A DNA stretch of 64,000 bases from an uncultured Gammaproteobacteria bacterium (GCA_964344415.1 CAYFMS010000002.1:256593-320592), one strand, 5' to 3'; counted from the stretch's first letter, positions 1-12,289 are shown. Made by a program: numbers and translations. The notes: generated by a model from the sequence alone, not told the origin.

Positions 1-307
1 TAGGATGATGACGACTGCAGAATGGACATTCGAAGTCAGAATACTCAACGAGAATAACTTTGGCCTTATCGAGATCACCTCGAATATGATCATCATCTGT
101 CACAGGAGCTAGCACTACCGCTGATCCTCCGTCATCAGGAATGGTGTCATCGACAACCGTTCCTCCTGGCGCATTATCTCCACCCTTCTTCGCAGAAGGT
201 GCTGCACCAGACATGCTTGAAAATAGAAGCGCAAGTGCAATACCTGCCACGAGTCCAAAAGCGAATATTCCATTCGGACTTCCTTCAAAAAATCCCTTTT
301 TTTCCAT
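1..307 (-). CDS. DsbA/thioredoxin-family thiol:disulfide oxidoreductase, 3'-truncated by the window edge. The N-terminal TM anchor and the region through the CPFC active site are visible.
   Basis: Manual translation of the minus strand from ATG at 307..305 gives [30 protein letters not shown]...[19 protein letters not shown]. The CPFC motif preceded by VEYSDFE is the DsbA/BdbD-type active site. The ORF runs off the window start. The track ORF 141..323(+) on the opposite strand is judged spurious. Confidence 0.6.
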   Translation of the reverse strand, partial: MEKKGFFEGSPNGIFAFGLVAGIALALLFSSMSGAAPSAKKGGDNAPGGTVVDDTIPDDGGSAVVLAPVTDDDHIRGDLDKAKVILVEYSDFECPFCSRHHP

Positions 308-309
308 AA

Positions 310-1092
310 TTAATGCTTATTGATTGAAAATGGCTGCCAAAATTGTTTTTGTTTCCTTCCCCTCATTTTGAACGCGACCCATAGCCCTGCGACGAATAGA
401 CAGGCAGCCAAATATTGCCCAGGGGTTAGTCCAGCGTATTTTACCTCATTTATACGGTAAAAGTCGAGAATAAACCTCACAATGCCATACCAGATCATGA
501 ATACTGATATGTATATTCCAAGTGGGCGCTTCTTTCTTGCGAGCCAGAAAAAGACAATTGCCATTGCAAGTCCATTCAATGAAAGATAGAGCCCATGATC
601 ATGGCGGATGACGCCATCCGGGTACTCCACGCCAAGTGCGAAGTCTGTTGCCGTCCCTGGGTGGTCATGAATGAGAAAGCATCCAATTCTGCCAATCCAC
701 AAACCAATTGGAAGTCCAAACAGCGATGCTTCAGCGTATCGGAACACGTCTACTTTTTTCTTTTTTAGATAGAGAATCGCTGTAATCAATGCTCCAATCA
801 GACCACCGAATACGGACATGCCCCCATTCCAAATTGCAAAAATCGCAGCAGGATTTTCTAAAACTTCACTCGCATCATAAAAGAAAATATATCCAAGACG
901 TCCACCAATAATGCCCGCGAGAATCACCCAAATAAGCAAATCGTAAATGATTTTTTCCTTCAGACCTTGCGATTTTGCAAAACGAGCTGAAACAAATCCA
1001 CCGATGATAAATCCGAGCGCAACAAAAAGACCCCAGACATATAATGTCAGAGGTCCTATGTGGAATTGCGTCCATTCAACATATGGAATCAT
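310..1092 (-). CDS. lgt: Prolipoprotein diacylglyceryl transferase
   Basis: 260 aa polytopic membrane protein. It has an Lgt-like N-terminus ([23 protein letters not shown]), the conserved HDHPG region and the GRIGCF motif. Confidence 0.85.
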   Translation of the reverse strand: MIPYVEWTQFHIGPLTLYVWGLFVALGFIIGGFVSARFAKSQGLKEKIIYDLLIWVILAGIIGGRLGYIFFYDASEVLENPAAIFAIWNGGMSVFGGLIGALITAILYLKKKKVDVFRYAEASLFGLPIGLWIGRIGCFLIHDHPGTATDFALGVEYPDGVIRHDHGLYLSLNGLAMAIVFFWLARKKRPLGIYISVFMIWYGIVRFILDFYRINEVKYAGLTPGQYLAACLFVAGLWVAFKMRGRKQKQFWQPFSINKH

Positions 1093-2537
1093 AGCTTGGG
1101 CGCATTCTCGTGATGCCTTGTTATAGATTGGAATGCATGCGCAGCCCGAAGGACAACGTCATCACCATCCGCCGGCCCCATAATTTGCAACCCAATTGGT
1201 AGTCCTGAATCCGTCAGACCGCATGGGATGGAAATCGCTGGAATTCCAGCTATATTCGCTGTTGTCGTAAAGATATCAGCCAAATACATTTCTAGTGGAT
1301 CTTCTGATTTCTCTCCCAACTTCCAAGCCGGACTTGGTGTCGTTGGCGTTACGATGACATCAACATTCTCAAATGCTTCATTCATTTCCTTCTGAATGAC
1401 AGTGCGAACCGCCTGCGCCTTTTTATAGTACGCATCATAATAGCCAGCCGACAAAATATATGTCCCCAAAATAATTCTTCGCTTCACTTCCGTTCCAAGG
1501 CCTGTACCGCGCGCTTGCTTATAACTTTCAAGAAGAGGCCCCGCTGCACGATCGCCGTATCGCATGCCATCGAATCGAGCCAAATTCGAGCTCACCTCCG
1601 CTGGCATCGTGATGTAATAGGTTGGAAGTGCATATTCAGTAAGCGGCAGACTGATTTCTACAATAGTCGCACCTGCTTTTTCGAGTTCATTTATTGCCGT
1701 CTTGGTCCGCAATCGAACATCATCATCAATACCATCAATAAAGTACTCTTTCGGGATTCCAATACGCAGCCCTTTCACATCTTCATTCAAAAGCTCAGCA
1801 ATCGGAAGGTCCTTTACTTCCCTTGATGTCGCATCATTATCATCCTGACCATCAATTACTTCATGAATAAGGGCAATATCCTCTGCAGTATTTGCAAATG
1901 CGCCAATTTGGTCGAGGCTTGAAGCCATCGCAATGAGTCCATATCGAGAAACGCGACCATATGTTGGTTTGAAACCTGAAACACCACAAACAGCAGCCGG
2001 CTGACGAATTGATCCACCCGTATCCGAACCAAGCGCTACTGGAACAAGTCCCGCGGCAACCGCAGCGGCGCTTCCACCACTTGAACCTCCGGGAATGCGG
2101 TCAAGATCCCAAGGATTATGCGTTTTTTGGAATGCAGAACTTTCGGTACTGCTTCCCATTGCGAATTCGTCCATGTTCGTCCGACCGATAATCACGGCAC
2201 CAGCATCAATTAACTTTTGAACAGCAGTAGCCGTATAAGCTGCCTTATGACTCTTGAGCATATTCGAAGAAGCCGAACTCATGTGGGCCGCATAAAGCAA
2301 ATTGTCTTTAATTGCCACAGGAACACCAGCGAGTCGCGGGAGTGACTCACCGCTCGCTTTCATTTCATCGATTTTCTTTGCGGCTTCCAGTGCTTCATCT
2401 TCAAATACCTCCAGAAATGCACCAATTTTTTCATCGTGCAGCTTTATTTGATCCAAATAATACTTCGTAACTTCGGCCGAAGAAATATCTCCATTTGAAA
2501 TTGCATCTCGAATTTCTCTTGCTGTCTTATATTCCAT
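1089..2537 (-). CDS. gatA: Glutamyl-tRNA(Gln) amidotransferase subunit A
   Basis: 482 aa. Amidase signature GGSSGGSAAAVAAG and the motif AGVPVAIKDN. It overlaps lgt by 4 nt and lies directly downstream of gatC. Confidence 0.9.
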   Translation of the reverse strand: MEYKTAREIRDAISNGDISSAEVTKYYLDQIKLHDEKIGAFLEVFEDEALEAAKKIDEMKASGESLPRLAGVPVAIKDNLLYAAHMSSASSNMLKSHKAAYTATAVQKLIDAGAVIIGRTNMDEFAMGSSTESSAFQKTHNPWDLDRIPGGSSGGSAAAVAAGLVPVALGSDTGGSIRQPAAVCGVSGFKPTYGRVSRYGLIAMASSLDQIGAFANTAEDIALIHEVIDGQDDNDATSREVKDLPIAELLNEDVKGLRIGIPKEYFIDGIDDDVRLRTKTAINELEKAGATIVEISLPLTEYALPTYYITMPAEVSSNLARFDGMRYGDRAAGPLLESYKQARGTGLGTEVKRRIILGTYILSAGYYDAYYKKAQAVRTVIQKEMNEAFENVDVIVTPTTPSPAWKLGEKSEDPLEMYLADIFTTTANIAGIPAISIPCGLTDSGLPIGLQIMGPADGDDVVLRAAHAFQSITRHHENAPKL

Positions 2538-2546
2538 ATCTCACTT

Positions 2547-2840
2547 CTATTCAAAAACCGCTGGCACTTCAAGCGCGTCACCTGACTTTTTAGGGAAGGA
2601 TTCAATGACAGCAGATCGATCATCACCAGTCGTCGAATTGACTTCATCCTCAACAAAAACATTCTTGAGATCCGTCACATATGCTTTTGTCTGAACATCA
2701 GAAGTGTTAACCTCCGCTAATTTTCCAACATATTCAAGAATGGCAGGTATATCTTTTTCAAATCGCCTTTTTTCATCCTCCGACAATTCAAGACGTGCAA
2801 GCTGTGCCAAATGATCAATATTAATATCTTCCATACGCAA
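2547..2840 (-). CDS. gatC: Asp/Glu-tRNA amidotransferase subunit C
   Basis: 97 aa. The N-terminus (INIDHLAQLARLELSEDEKRRFEKDIPAILEYVGKL) is typical of GatC, and the gene sits immediately upstream of gatA. Confidence 0.8.
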   Translation of the reverse strand: MRMEDINIDHLAQLARLELSEDEKRRFEKDIPAILEYVGKLAEVNTSDVQTKAYVTDLKNVFVEDEVNSTTGDDRSAVIESFPKKSGDALEVPAVFE

Positions 2841-2857
2841 ATACTCTACCTTTGCTT

Positions 2858-4992
<2,135 letters not shown>

Positions 4993-5213
4993 GCAAAAGA
5001 ACGCCGCCAGTGCTCGCTTTGTCACATGCATAAGCGTCATCGCTCAGGCAAAACAGAGAGTAGAAATGTCTTTATTTTTCTTAATGCAATGATGCGTTCA
5101 TTCCTATCGGCTGTTTTGCAATTCCTCGCTCTTGCCGCATGCAGTGTGACAGTCTCACAGGTGGCGGCAGTTTCGGAAAGTACGCTTTGTTTGTGCGGTG
5201 AGTAGAACTTTAG

Positions 5214-5424
5214 AAAGTAATGAGTAATCATGTTCGTCCAGAGATCCTTCGACAAGCTCAGGATTTCAATCACGGTCGCACAGGATATTGGACGAACCCC
5301 GGTCGCGCAGTGAGTTAGATGAGATTTCGTTGAAGTTTGAGTAGTGGAATGAGCCGTACTGGAACGTACGGTGAATGAGCAACGGAAAACTGAAGCGAAA
5401 GATCGCTAACTCACAAGCGACTGC
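5214..5424. repeat. Dispersed intergenic repeat, family 2 (about 210 bp), beginning 2 nt after the pilD stop codon
   Basis: Shares gatccttcgacaagctcaggatttcaa, a cgtac...gtacg hairpin, ggtcgcgcagtgag and a terminal ctcacaagcgac motif with the copy at 16186..16396. Both copies end 1-2 nt from the stop of a minus-strand gene. Confidence 0.6.
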
Positions 5425-5425
5425 C

Positions 5426-6244
5426 CTAGAAGAAGGAGAGGTACCAGCCTAATATAACCTCCCCAAACAACATCACAACAATTGTAGAAATGGCGAGAAA
5501 TGTCCCAAATGGCATATGATCATGCAAACTTCGATGCTTTGCAAGAATAATATATATACCAATAATTGCACCTAAAATATAAGCAAAGAGAACAGAAATC
5601 ATGCCAAGAATAGGACCCAAGAGAAAACCGATGAGTAATCCCATGCGAATATCGCCTCCCCCAACCCAATGTCCATCGGATGCAAGAAATTGAATAGCAA
5701 AGAAAGCCCCTAGAATCAGCCCACCAAGCAGCATAACCGATGCATCTATGCCAAGCGCAATATTGAAAATGATAGTAAGAATAATTGCTGGAATGGTAAA
5801 TCGGTCTAAAATAACCTGCTTTTTGAAGTCAAAGACAAAAATGATTGTCAAGAAAATAACCATCACAGCATCTCGAACAAAAAGTGCCAGCCACTCCCCA
5901 TCCTCAACCCCGATCGGCAGTCCGTATCCAAATGCCGCACGCGCGAAAAAAGCAGCAAATAACACAGCCATCGCGAGTTCAATTGCTGGGTATTGCCATT
6001 CAATTGCCGTACTACAATGCCTACACCGCCCTTTTAATTTAAAAAAACTAAAAATGGGGATGCTATCCGTCCAGTGGATCGGGGTCAGACATGTTCTGCA
6101 TGACGATTTCTTTTTGAGCGAAAAAATCTCATCTTCTAAACGAAAAACCGTCACATTTACAATGCCACCGATCACAGCACCCAAGATCGATATTAAAATT
6201 AAATAAAGCCAAAACATATTACAAATCAAGGCAAGCTCCGGCAC
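5426..6244 (-). CDS. pilD: Type IV prepilin leader peptidase / N-methyltransferase (A24 family)
   Basis: 272 aa polytopic membrane protein. The tetracysteine zinc motif CRTC...CRHC lies in the first cytoplasmic loop and the conserved Asp-containing TM regions are present. An in-frame Met 9 codons downstream would remove the overlap with the upstream pilin-like gene. Confidence 0.85.
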   Translation of the reverse strand: MPELALICNMFWLYLILISILGAVIGGIVNVTVFRLEDEIFSLKKKSSCRTCLTPIHWTDSIPIFSFFKLKGRCRHCSTAIEWQYPAIELAMAVLFAAFFARAAFGYGLPIGVEDGEWLALFVRDAVMVIFLTIIFVFDFKKQVILDRFTIPAIILTIIFNIALGIDASVMLLGGLILGAFFAIQFLASDGHWVGGGDIRMGLLIGFLLGPILGMISVLFAYILGAIIGIYIILAKHRSLHDHMPFGTFLAISTIVVMLFGEVILGWYLSFF

Positions 6245-6725
6245 TAAATCCTGATGGTGTTAAACAATTAGCTCCTTTTTGAAGTCCAAGCGCCCTATTC
6301 GCTCCTTCCAGTTCGAATTGAATCCGAAAATCTTGCCCGTCAGAACTATAACAGTATGCATTTGCAATACCCCCACAGGACGATTTCTTCTTTAATTTCG
6401 CCTGAGGAGTTCCGGCGATAAATGGCGCATATACTGTTTCCTGCAGCGAACTGCACCCTGAAGTGAAACCAGACTGCGCAAGACAAGATGTGCTTATAGT
6501 TCCTAGTGGAATATATCCATCCGTGATGGGATATGTATTTAAATCATTAAAATAAAGCTCAAGCGACAGCTGACTTTGACGCACGTCGGAAAGTCGAACC
6601 GCATCACGCATACTCGATCGTGCCGTTGAAATCGCTAAAATGGCAAGCAATCCAAGCACACCAATAATAAATCCAATGATTAGCACCTCTGTTCGTAGTT
6701 TTTTATCCTCCAAAATCATAGTCAA
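6219..6725 (-). CDS. Type IV pilin-like / pseudopilin-like protein (non-canonical prepilin N-terminus)
   Basis: 168 aa. Single N-terminal hydrophobic helix (LIIGFIIGVLGLLAILAI) followed by ARSSMRDAVRLSDVRQSQLSLELYFND. This resembles the pilin alpha1 consensus (A.RD..R.SDIRQ...ALELY). Several Cys in the C-terminal half could form pilin-type disulfides. It lies between pilM and pilD. Confidence 0.5.
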   Translation of the reverse strand: MTMILEDKKLRTEVLIIGFIIGVLGLLAILAISTARSSMRDAVRLSDVRQSQLSLELYFNDLNTYPITDGYIPLGTISTSCLAQSGFTSGCSSLQETVYAPFIAGTPQAKLKKKSSCGGIANAYCYSSDGQDFRIQFELEGANRALGLQKGANCLTPSGFSAGACLDL

Positions 6726-6731
6726 AGTATA

Positions 6732-7901
6732 TCATGATTCTTTTTTCTTCTGTTTCATGCCGAGCCCGACCGCAACGGCAAAACGCGGACCGATGTCTTC
6801 AAGAGCCGGCTTCAAACCAGATGGGACAACGACCCTCGCCCATGGATTGCCAAGATAAACATTTTTATCGACATCTTTCGATATTGCCGAGACCAAATAC
6901 GGTAACTGAGCGCTTCCACCGGTTAAAATTATTTTCTCAATCGATTCTTTTCCAGCATTTTGCTGATCGTATAGAGATAGCGAATATCTAATTTCATGAA
7001 GAATTGGGTCAATCACATCTTTTAAAACGGCTGGCATTTCCCCTTGCGTGCCTCCAAGCGCCAAATCGAGCTTATACTGCTCAGCTTCCTCAAGTGAAAT
7101 ATTCATTGCCTTTGATAGACGCGATGTAATTTCACCACCACCTGCACGAATACTGCGATGCAAAAATGGAATTCCTTCATGCGTTACGGCAATATTCGTC
7201 CGCTCATGCCCAATGTCGACAATCATGATATGTGATTTGTCGTTCCCAATGAGTGAACGAATGAGGGCAAATGCTTCTGATTCAAGCGACGCCAATTCAA
7301 GCCCAGCCGCCTTAAATGTATCGACATATTTTTTGACCAATGTTTTTGGTGTGCCAAGAACAAGAACTCGAATATGCTTACGGGCGTCATCATCAGCAAG
7401 TGGAATATACGCATCATCCTTCCCTTTTTTCACCTTCTCTCCTTTTTTATCTTTCTTTTTCTCGGACTTTTTGAATAATCCCTCTTTTGGCAAAAGATGT
7501 CGATCAATAATCGTTGAGTCGAGTACCATTTCATTCATTGGAAGCGGAAGCAATTTCGCAACACGCCCTTCAATCATATGCTTCAATTGATCCTCGGGAC
7601 TTTTTGGCTGAGGAATCGTAATAATGGCATGAAAAATTTCATGGCTCGGCAGCGAAACATTCACAGCATTCACCTTAGCACCGCTACGTTTATGCAGCTC
7701 CTTCAAAACTCGACCAGCCAGGGCGGGATCATCAAGAAGAGACCCATCCATTGTAGCCTTGCGCCTTGAATAGCCATATGTCGTCAAATGCAAGCGAGAA
7801 TCTTTTTTCTGAAGCTCCGCAAGCTTTATCCCACCGGCGCCAATATCTACGCCAAGCAGCCCATCAATATGTTCCTTCTTTCCAAATAAACCCATGCGCA
7901 C
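6732..7901 (-). CDS. pilM: Type IV pilus assembly protein PilM (actin-like ATPase fold)
   Basis: 389 aa. The N-terminus (GLFGKKEHIDGLLGVDIGAGGIKLAEL) matches PilM/FtsA-like proteins. An internal Lys/Glu-rich insert is present. Confidence 0.7.
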   Translation of the reverse strand: MRMGLFGKKEHIDGLLGVDIGAGGIKLAELQKKDSRLHLTTYGYSRRKATMDGSLLDDPALAGRVLKELHKRSGAKVNAVNVSLPSHEIFHAIITIPQPKSPEDQLKHMIEGRVAKLLPLPMNEMVLDSTIIDRHLLPKEGLFKKSEKKKDKKGEKVKKGKDDAYIPLADDDARKHIRVLVLGTPKTLVKKYVDTFKAAGLELASLESEAFALIRSLIGNDKSHIMIVDIGHERTNIAVTHEGIPFLHRSIRAGGGEITSRLSKAMNISLEEAEQYKLDLALGGTQGEMPAVLKDVIDPILHEIRYSLSLYDQQNAGKESIEKIILTGGSAQLPYLVSAISKDVDKNVYLGNPWARVVVPSGLKPALEDIGPRFAVAVGLGMKQKKKES

Positions 7902-7907
7902 ATCATA

Positions 7908-8315
7908 TCATGCACCTAAATGCTGATCGATGGTTTGATTCACAAGCTCATCCGCTCGCTTATTCTGATCACGATAAACATGAGAAAAATGGATGCTCTT
8001 GAATTGCATTCGCAGATTATGAACTTCCAAAAAGAGCTTAGCGAGTCCGGGATTCTTCACTTTGTATTGACCATTGAGCTGCTTCACGGCTAGTTCGGAA
8101 TCTAAATATACTTCAAGTTCGTCAACCCCTAATTCAAGTGCTTTTTCAAGCCCAATAATAATCGCTGTATATTCCGCTTGGTTATTCGTAGCCGTTCCAA
8201 GATATTTTGTTGCTGTCGCCGTTTCCTCACCTTGAGCATTCAAGAGTGAAGCCCCACTCGCCGCTGGACCCGGATTCCCGCGTGAGCCACCATCTGCATA
8301 CATAATCATTTTCAT
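7908..8315 (-). CDS. rnhA: Ribonuclease HI
   Basis: 135 aa. YADGGSRGNPGPAASG, the TNNQAEYTAII segment and a C-terminal HVYRDQNKRADEL region carry the RNase H catalytic DEDD-type residues. Confidence 0.85.
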   Translation of the reverse strand: MKMIMYADGGSRGNPGPAASGASLLNAQGEETATATKYLGTATNNQAEYTAIIIGLEKALELGVDELEVYLDSELAVKQLNGQYKVKNPGLAKLFLEVHNLRMQFKSIHFSHVYRDQNKRADELVNQTIDQHLGA

Positions 8316-8321
8316 ATCATT

Positions 8322-10028
8322 CTATGATAACAAATTAATGTCGTTAACGGATAATTGTATCTGCCTTCGCCCATTCCATTCATTCACCCCAACTTCATAT
8401 ACCATATCAATCATAGTGCCCATATTGAGTTTTTCATGCAATGATCCAAGTCCAAATCCAATACACTCAAGCAAATCCCCTGACTGTGGATTGACGGTCA
8501 TTTTTAAATGTCGCCCCGTTTTCCCAACAGGCCTCGCATTCATGACTTGAACATTCTTTGATAGGAAAACTGGTTTAGGATTTTTATGACCAAATGGTTC
8601 CATTTTTTCGAGATTCTCAACCAAATGCCAATCAATATCCTGAATCGGGAATATGGCATCGACTTGCAGATGAGGCTTTGGGATATCTTCACCAAAATAT
8701 TCTAATGCGAAGGATTCCACGCCTTTTTGAAATTCTGCAATCGAATCAAGAGAAGGTAAAGTTAGCCCACATGCCTGAGGATGGCCACCCGCCTTAATAA
8801 AAATATCCCCACAAGACTGCATCGCCTCAACGAGATGCAGCCCTCCAACAGATCGCCCAGACCCAACATAATGATCACCAACTTTCGTGAGTGCGAAGGC
8901 AGGGACCCCGAATTCTGTCACAAGTTTTCCCGCAACGAGACCCACAATTCCAGGATTCCAATGATCCGTCCACACAACATGAATTGGTTTCTGCTCATTG
9001 ATTTCTTTGACAATTTTCTTTGCTTCGCGAAAAGCCCTGTCAGAGATTTGCTGACGCTCACGATTCAGCTGCTCAAGTTCCAGGGCGTGATCAGCGGCCG
9101 TGTCATATTCAGCGATAAGCGCTTTGAATGCCTTTTCGGCAGAGCTGATCCGGCCAGCGGCATTTAGACGCGGACCAATACGAAAACCAATGGCTGTCGT
9201 ATCAATCTGTTTTGGACTTGTTCTAGAGATTTCAAGAATACGCAAAAGTCCAGGTCTGCGTGTTTTTTTGAGAACAATCAGTCCGTACTTTTCAAGCGTT
9301 CTATTCTCGCCAAGAAGCGGCATGACATCCGTGACTGTCGCGATGGCTACAAAATCCAAATACCACTTTTCATGGCCAATCGGGAATTCCGCGCCTCTAT
9401 TGCGAGCTTCGCTGAAGAGCGCAGAGGCTAATTTAAAAGCAACGCCCGTCCCGCATAAATGCTTATTTGGATAATCCTCTCCAGGTGCAAGCGGATGAAT
9501 AATAATGGCATGATTCGGAATGTCACCATTAGCAGCCAACTGATGATGATCACAAATAATCGTTTGAATACCAAGCTCATGCGCTCGATTCAACTCAGCA
9601 ATATTCGCAATGCCGCAATCGACAGTGATCAAGACTGAAGTTTCTTCTTCCGCGAGACGTTCAATCGTATGCATCGCAACGCCGTATCCATCCTTCTCGC
9701 GATCAGGTAGAAAAACATGGATATTCGGATCGATGCTCATGCGGTCGGCTATTTCCCGAATCGACTGATAGAGCAGAGCACTCCCACAAACACCGTCAGC
9801 ATCGTAATCTCCGTGTATGACGATTTTCTTTTTATTTGAAAGCGCCTCAAAAATACAGTCCACCGCTTGATTCATCTGTTTAAATACAAATGCATCATAT
9901 GTATCCCGCTCCCAATTTGGATGCAAAAAATCGGGAATTTGCTCTTCATCCACTCCACGATCATCAAGAAGTGTAATAAGCAAATCCTCGACCTCATCAT
10001 GCTTCACCAACCATTCAAATTTCTGCAT
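8322..10028 (-). CDS. recJ: Single-stranded-DNA-specific exonuclease RecJ
   Basis: 568 aa. DHH-family motifs (IHGDYDADGVCGSALL, ICDHHQ), a DHHA1-like region and a C-terminal OB-like domain. Confidence 0.9.
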   Translation of the reverse strand: MQKFEWLVKHDEVEDLLITLLDDRGVDEEQIPDFLHPNWERDTYDAFVFKQMNQAVDCIFEALSNKKKIVIHGDYDADGVCGSALLYQSIREIADRMSIDPNIHVFLPDREKDGYGVAMHTIERLAEEETSVLITVDCGIANIAELNRAHELGIQTIICDHHQLAANGDIPNHAIIIHPLAPGEDYPNKHLCGTGVAFKLASALFSEARNRGAEFPIGHEKWYLDFVAIATVTDVMPLLGENRTLEKYGLIVLKKTRRPGLLRILEISRTSPKQIDTTAIGFRIGPRLNAAGRISSAEKAFKALIAEYDTAADHALELEQLNRERQQISDRAFREAKKIVKEINEQKPIHVVWTDHWNPGIVGLVAGKLVTEFGVPAFALTKVGDHYVGSGRSVGGLHLVEAMQSCGDIFIKAGGHPQACGLTLPSLDSIAEFQKGVESFALEYFGEDIPKPHLQVDAIFPIQDIDWHLVENLEKMEPFGHKNPKPVFLSKNVQVMNARPVGKTGRHLKMTVNPQSGDLLECIGFGLGSLHEKLNMGTMIDMVYEVGVNEWNGRRQIQLSVNDINLLS

Positions 10029-10081
10029 GCTGGTATTTTACACAGAGATCCGATCTCAGATCTGATCTCAAGTGTGGATAA

Positions 10082-11884
10082 CTAGCGTTTGAGAACTTTT
10101 AGATAGGCTTCACTTGGGATACGGACCTTCCCCGTTCCCATGGCAAGCATTTTCTTCTTTCCTTTCTTTTGTTTTTCGAGAAGCTTTCGTTTTCGTGTAA
10201 CATCTCCCCCATATAATTTAGCCGTAACGTCTTTGCGAAGCGCCGATAAACGCTCACCCGCGACAATTTTTCCACCAATGGCCGCCTGCAATTTAATCAC
10301 GAATTGCTGTCGAGGAATTGTTTCTTTCAATGTGTTTACAATCTTTTTTCCTACTCGATGTGCATCATCCCGATACACAAAAGTCGCCAAGGCCTCAACA
10401 GGATCTTCAGCGACCAGAATATCCATTCGAACCACGTCTGCTTGTCGATACTCAAAAACTTCGTAATTCATGGACCCATATCCACTCGTTACCGATTTCA
10501 AATTGTCATAAAAATCAACAATCAAACTCGCAAGTGGAATTTCATATTTCAAAATAGCACGACCCTCAGACAAAAACTCTGTCGTCTGATAAACGCCGCG
10601 TCGATCCTGCACAAATCCCATGACGTCACCAATATAATCCGATGGAATAATCACATCGAGCTTCGCCCATGGCTCTTCTATGCGCTCAATATGGCCAGCA
10701 TCGGGCAAATCGAGAGGAGATTTAATGATCTCAGCCTCATCAGAACCACGTTCAAATACATTATAAGCGACAGATGGTACCGTTACGACTAATTGAATAC
10801 CAAATTCGCGTTCCAATCGCTCTTTTAAGATTTCAAGATGCAGCATTCCAAGAAGTCCACATCGAAAACCATGTCCAAGCGCAGGAGAATGTTCTGGTTC
10901 GAAAACAAGCGCTGCATCACTCAATTTCAAACGATCCATTGCATCGCGAAGTGAGCTATAATCATCGCCCTCTTCAGGAAATACACCAGCAAAAACCATC
11001 GGCCGCACCTCTTTATACCCAGCAAGCGGACCAATATCCTTCGCCTGCTCAAGCGTCAATGTATCACCAACACGACAAGATGAAATGTCTTTAAATCCAG
11101 TCACAACATAGCCAATCTGCCCCGTCTCGAGCTCATTTTTAGGACTAAAACTTGGACTAAGCGCCCCAACCTCGAGTACATCCGATACGGCGCCAGTCGC
11201 AATCATTTTCATTTTATCTCTCTTGCGAAGCGCCCCATCAACCATACGCACATAAGCAACCACGCCTTTATAATCATCATAATAAGAATCAAAAACGAGT
11301 GCTCGCGTCGACGAAGCGTCAGCCCCCTTCGGTGGTGGAATCCGATCAATGACAGCATCGAGCAGCTGATCAACATTCTCACCCGTCTTCCCCGAAACAG
11401 AAAGAATCTCACTTGCATCACAGCCAATCAACTTCACAAGCTCCTCAGTTCGTTTTGGGATATCGGCAGCCGGCAAGTCAATTTTATTGAGCACAGGAAT
11501 GATTTCAAGATTCTGATCAAGAGCCAAATAGAGATTACCAATCGTTTGAGCCTGCACACCCTGCGTAGCGTCAACAAGAAGAATTGCCCCCTCTACCGCA
11601 GCAAGCGAACGCGAAACTTCATAGGTAAAATCAACATGCCCCGGAGTGTCGATAAGGTTGAGCGTAAACTCCTTCCCATCTTTGACATGCTTCATGCGCA
11701 CTGGCGCAAGTTTGATTGTAATTCCGCGCTCACGTTCAAGATCCATCGAATCGAGTACTTGCTGTTGCATTTTCCTTTCTTCAACCGTGCCCGTTTTTTC
11801 AAGCAAACGATCAGCAAGTGTTGACTTCCCATGATCAATATGTGCGATAATGCAGAAATTCCGAATTCTATCCTGACTTGTCAT
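10082..11884 (-). CDS. lepA: Elongation factor 4
   Basis: 600 aa. G-domain AHIDHGKSTLADRLL, DTPGHVDF, NKID, and the LepA-specific C-terminal region. Confidence 0.95.
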   Translation of the reverse strand: MTSQDRIRNFCIIAHIDHGKSTLADRLLEKTGTVEERKMQQQVLDSMDLERERGITIKLAPVRMKHVKDGKEFTLNLIDTPGHVDFTYEVSRSLAAVEGAILLVDATQGVQAQTIGNLYLALDQNLEIIPVLNKIDLPAADIPKRTEELVKLIGCDASEILSVSGKTGENVDQLLDAVIDRIPPPKGADASSTRALVFDSYYDDYKGVVAYVRMVDGALRKRDKMKMIATGAVSDVLEVGALSPSFSPKNELETGQIGYVVTGFKDISSCRVGDTLTLEQAKDIGPLAGYKEVRPMVFAGVFPEEGDDYSSLRDAMDRLKLSDAALVFEPEHSPALGHGFRCGLLGMLHLEILKERLEREFGIQLVVTVPSVAYNVFERGSDEAEIIKSPLDLPDAGHIERIEEPWAKLDVIIPSDYIGDVMGFVQDRRGVYQTTEFLSEGRAILKYEIPLASLIVDFYDNLKSVTSGYGSMNYEVFEYRQADVVRMDILVAEDPVEALATFVYRDDAHRVGKKIVNTLKETIPRQQFVIKLQAAIGGKIVAGERLSALRKDVTAKLYGGDVTRKRKLLEKQKKGKKKMLAMGTGKVRIPSEAYLKVLKR

Positions 11885-11977
11885 AATGAGCGTATACTAG
11901 CGGTTTTAATGCTTTTTGTCGAGATTGACAGAGAAGATTTCTCATGATAATGTGCCCAGTCCAGTCTTGGAGGTATC

Positions 11978-12232
11978 ATGGACGAGAATTGGAACTTTTG
12001 GGATGATGACATTCTCGAAACCGAGCATGAAGAGGCAGCAGCAAAGCTTGCTTCACTCGAAGAACAAGTATTACAACAGCGGCATCTGGCTGATGGCCTC
12101 CGTTTTCTCCTCCACGGAGGAAGCTATGGGAACTACAAAGTTGCATTTCGCGCAGCAACCGAGCACATGATGCGCAAATACCCAGAGGGAGGATCTGCGC
12201 CCGCAGACGTGACCGATCAGTCATCAGATTGA
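11978..12232 (+). CDS. Hypothetical small acidic protein
   Basis: 84 aa ORF with a GGAGG Shine-Dalgarno 6 nt upstream of the ATG. No recognisable motif. Confidence 0.4.
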   Translation: MDENWNFWDDDILETEHEEAAAKLASLEEQVLQQRHLADGLRFLLHGGSYGNYKVAFRAATEHMMRKYPEGGSAPADVTDQSSD

Positions 12233-12289
12233 TCGGTTTTCTATTTGACAGAATTCCAGTTCAGATGTTCTATACACTCGGAGGTGAGC

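Noticed and set aside
141-323. 60-aa plus-strand ORF at the window start
   Set aside because: It lies antisense to a much better supported DsbA-like gene whose CPFC motif is evident on the minus strand. It has no RBS or motif.
5037-5273. 78-aa minus-strand ORF in the ligA-pilD spacer
   Set aside because: It falls inside the repeat-rich non-coding spacer and overlaps the family-2 repeat. It has no RBS and no recognisable features. Random ORFs of this size are expected.
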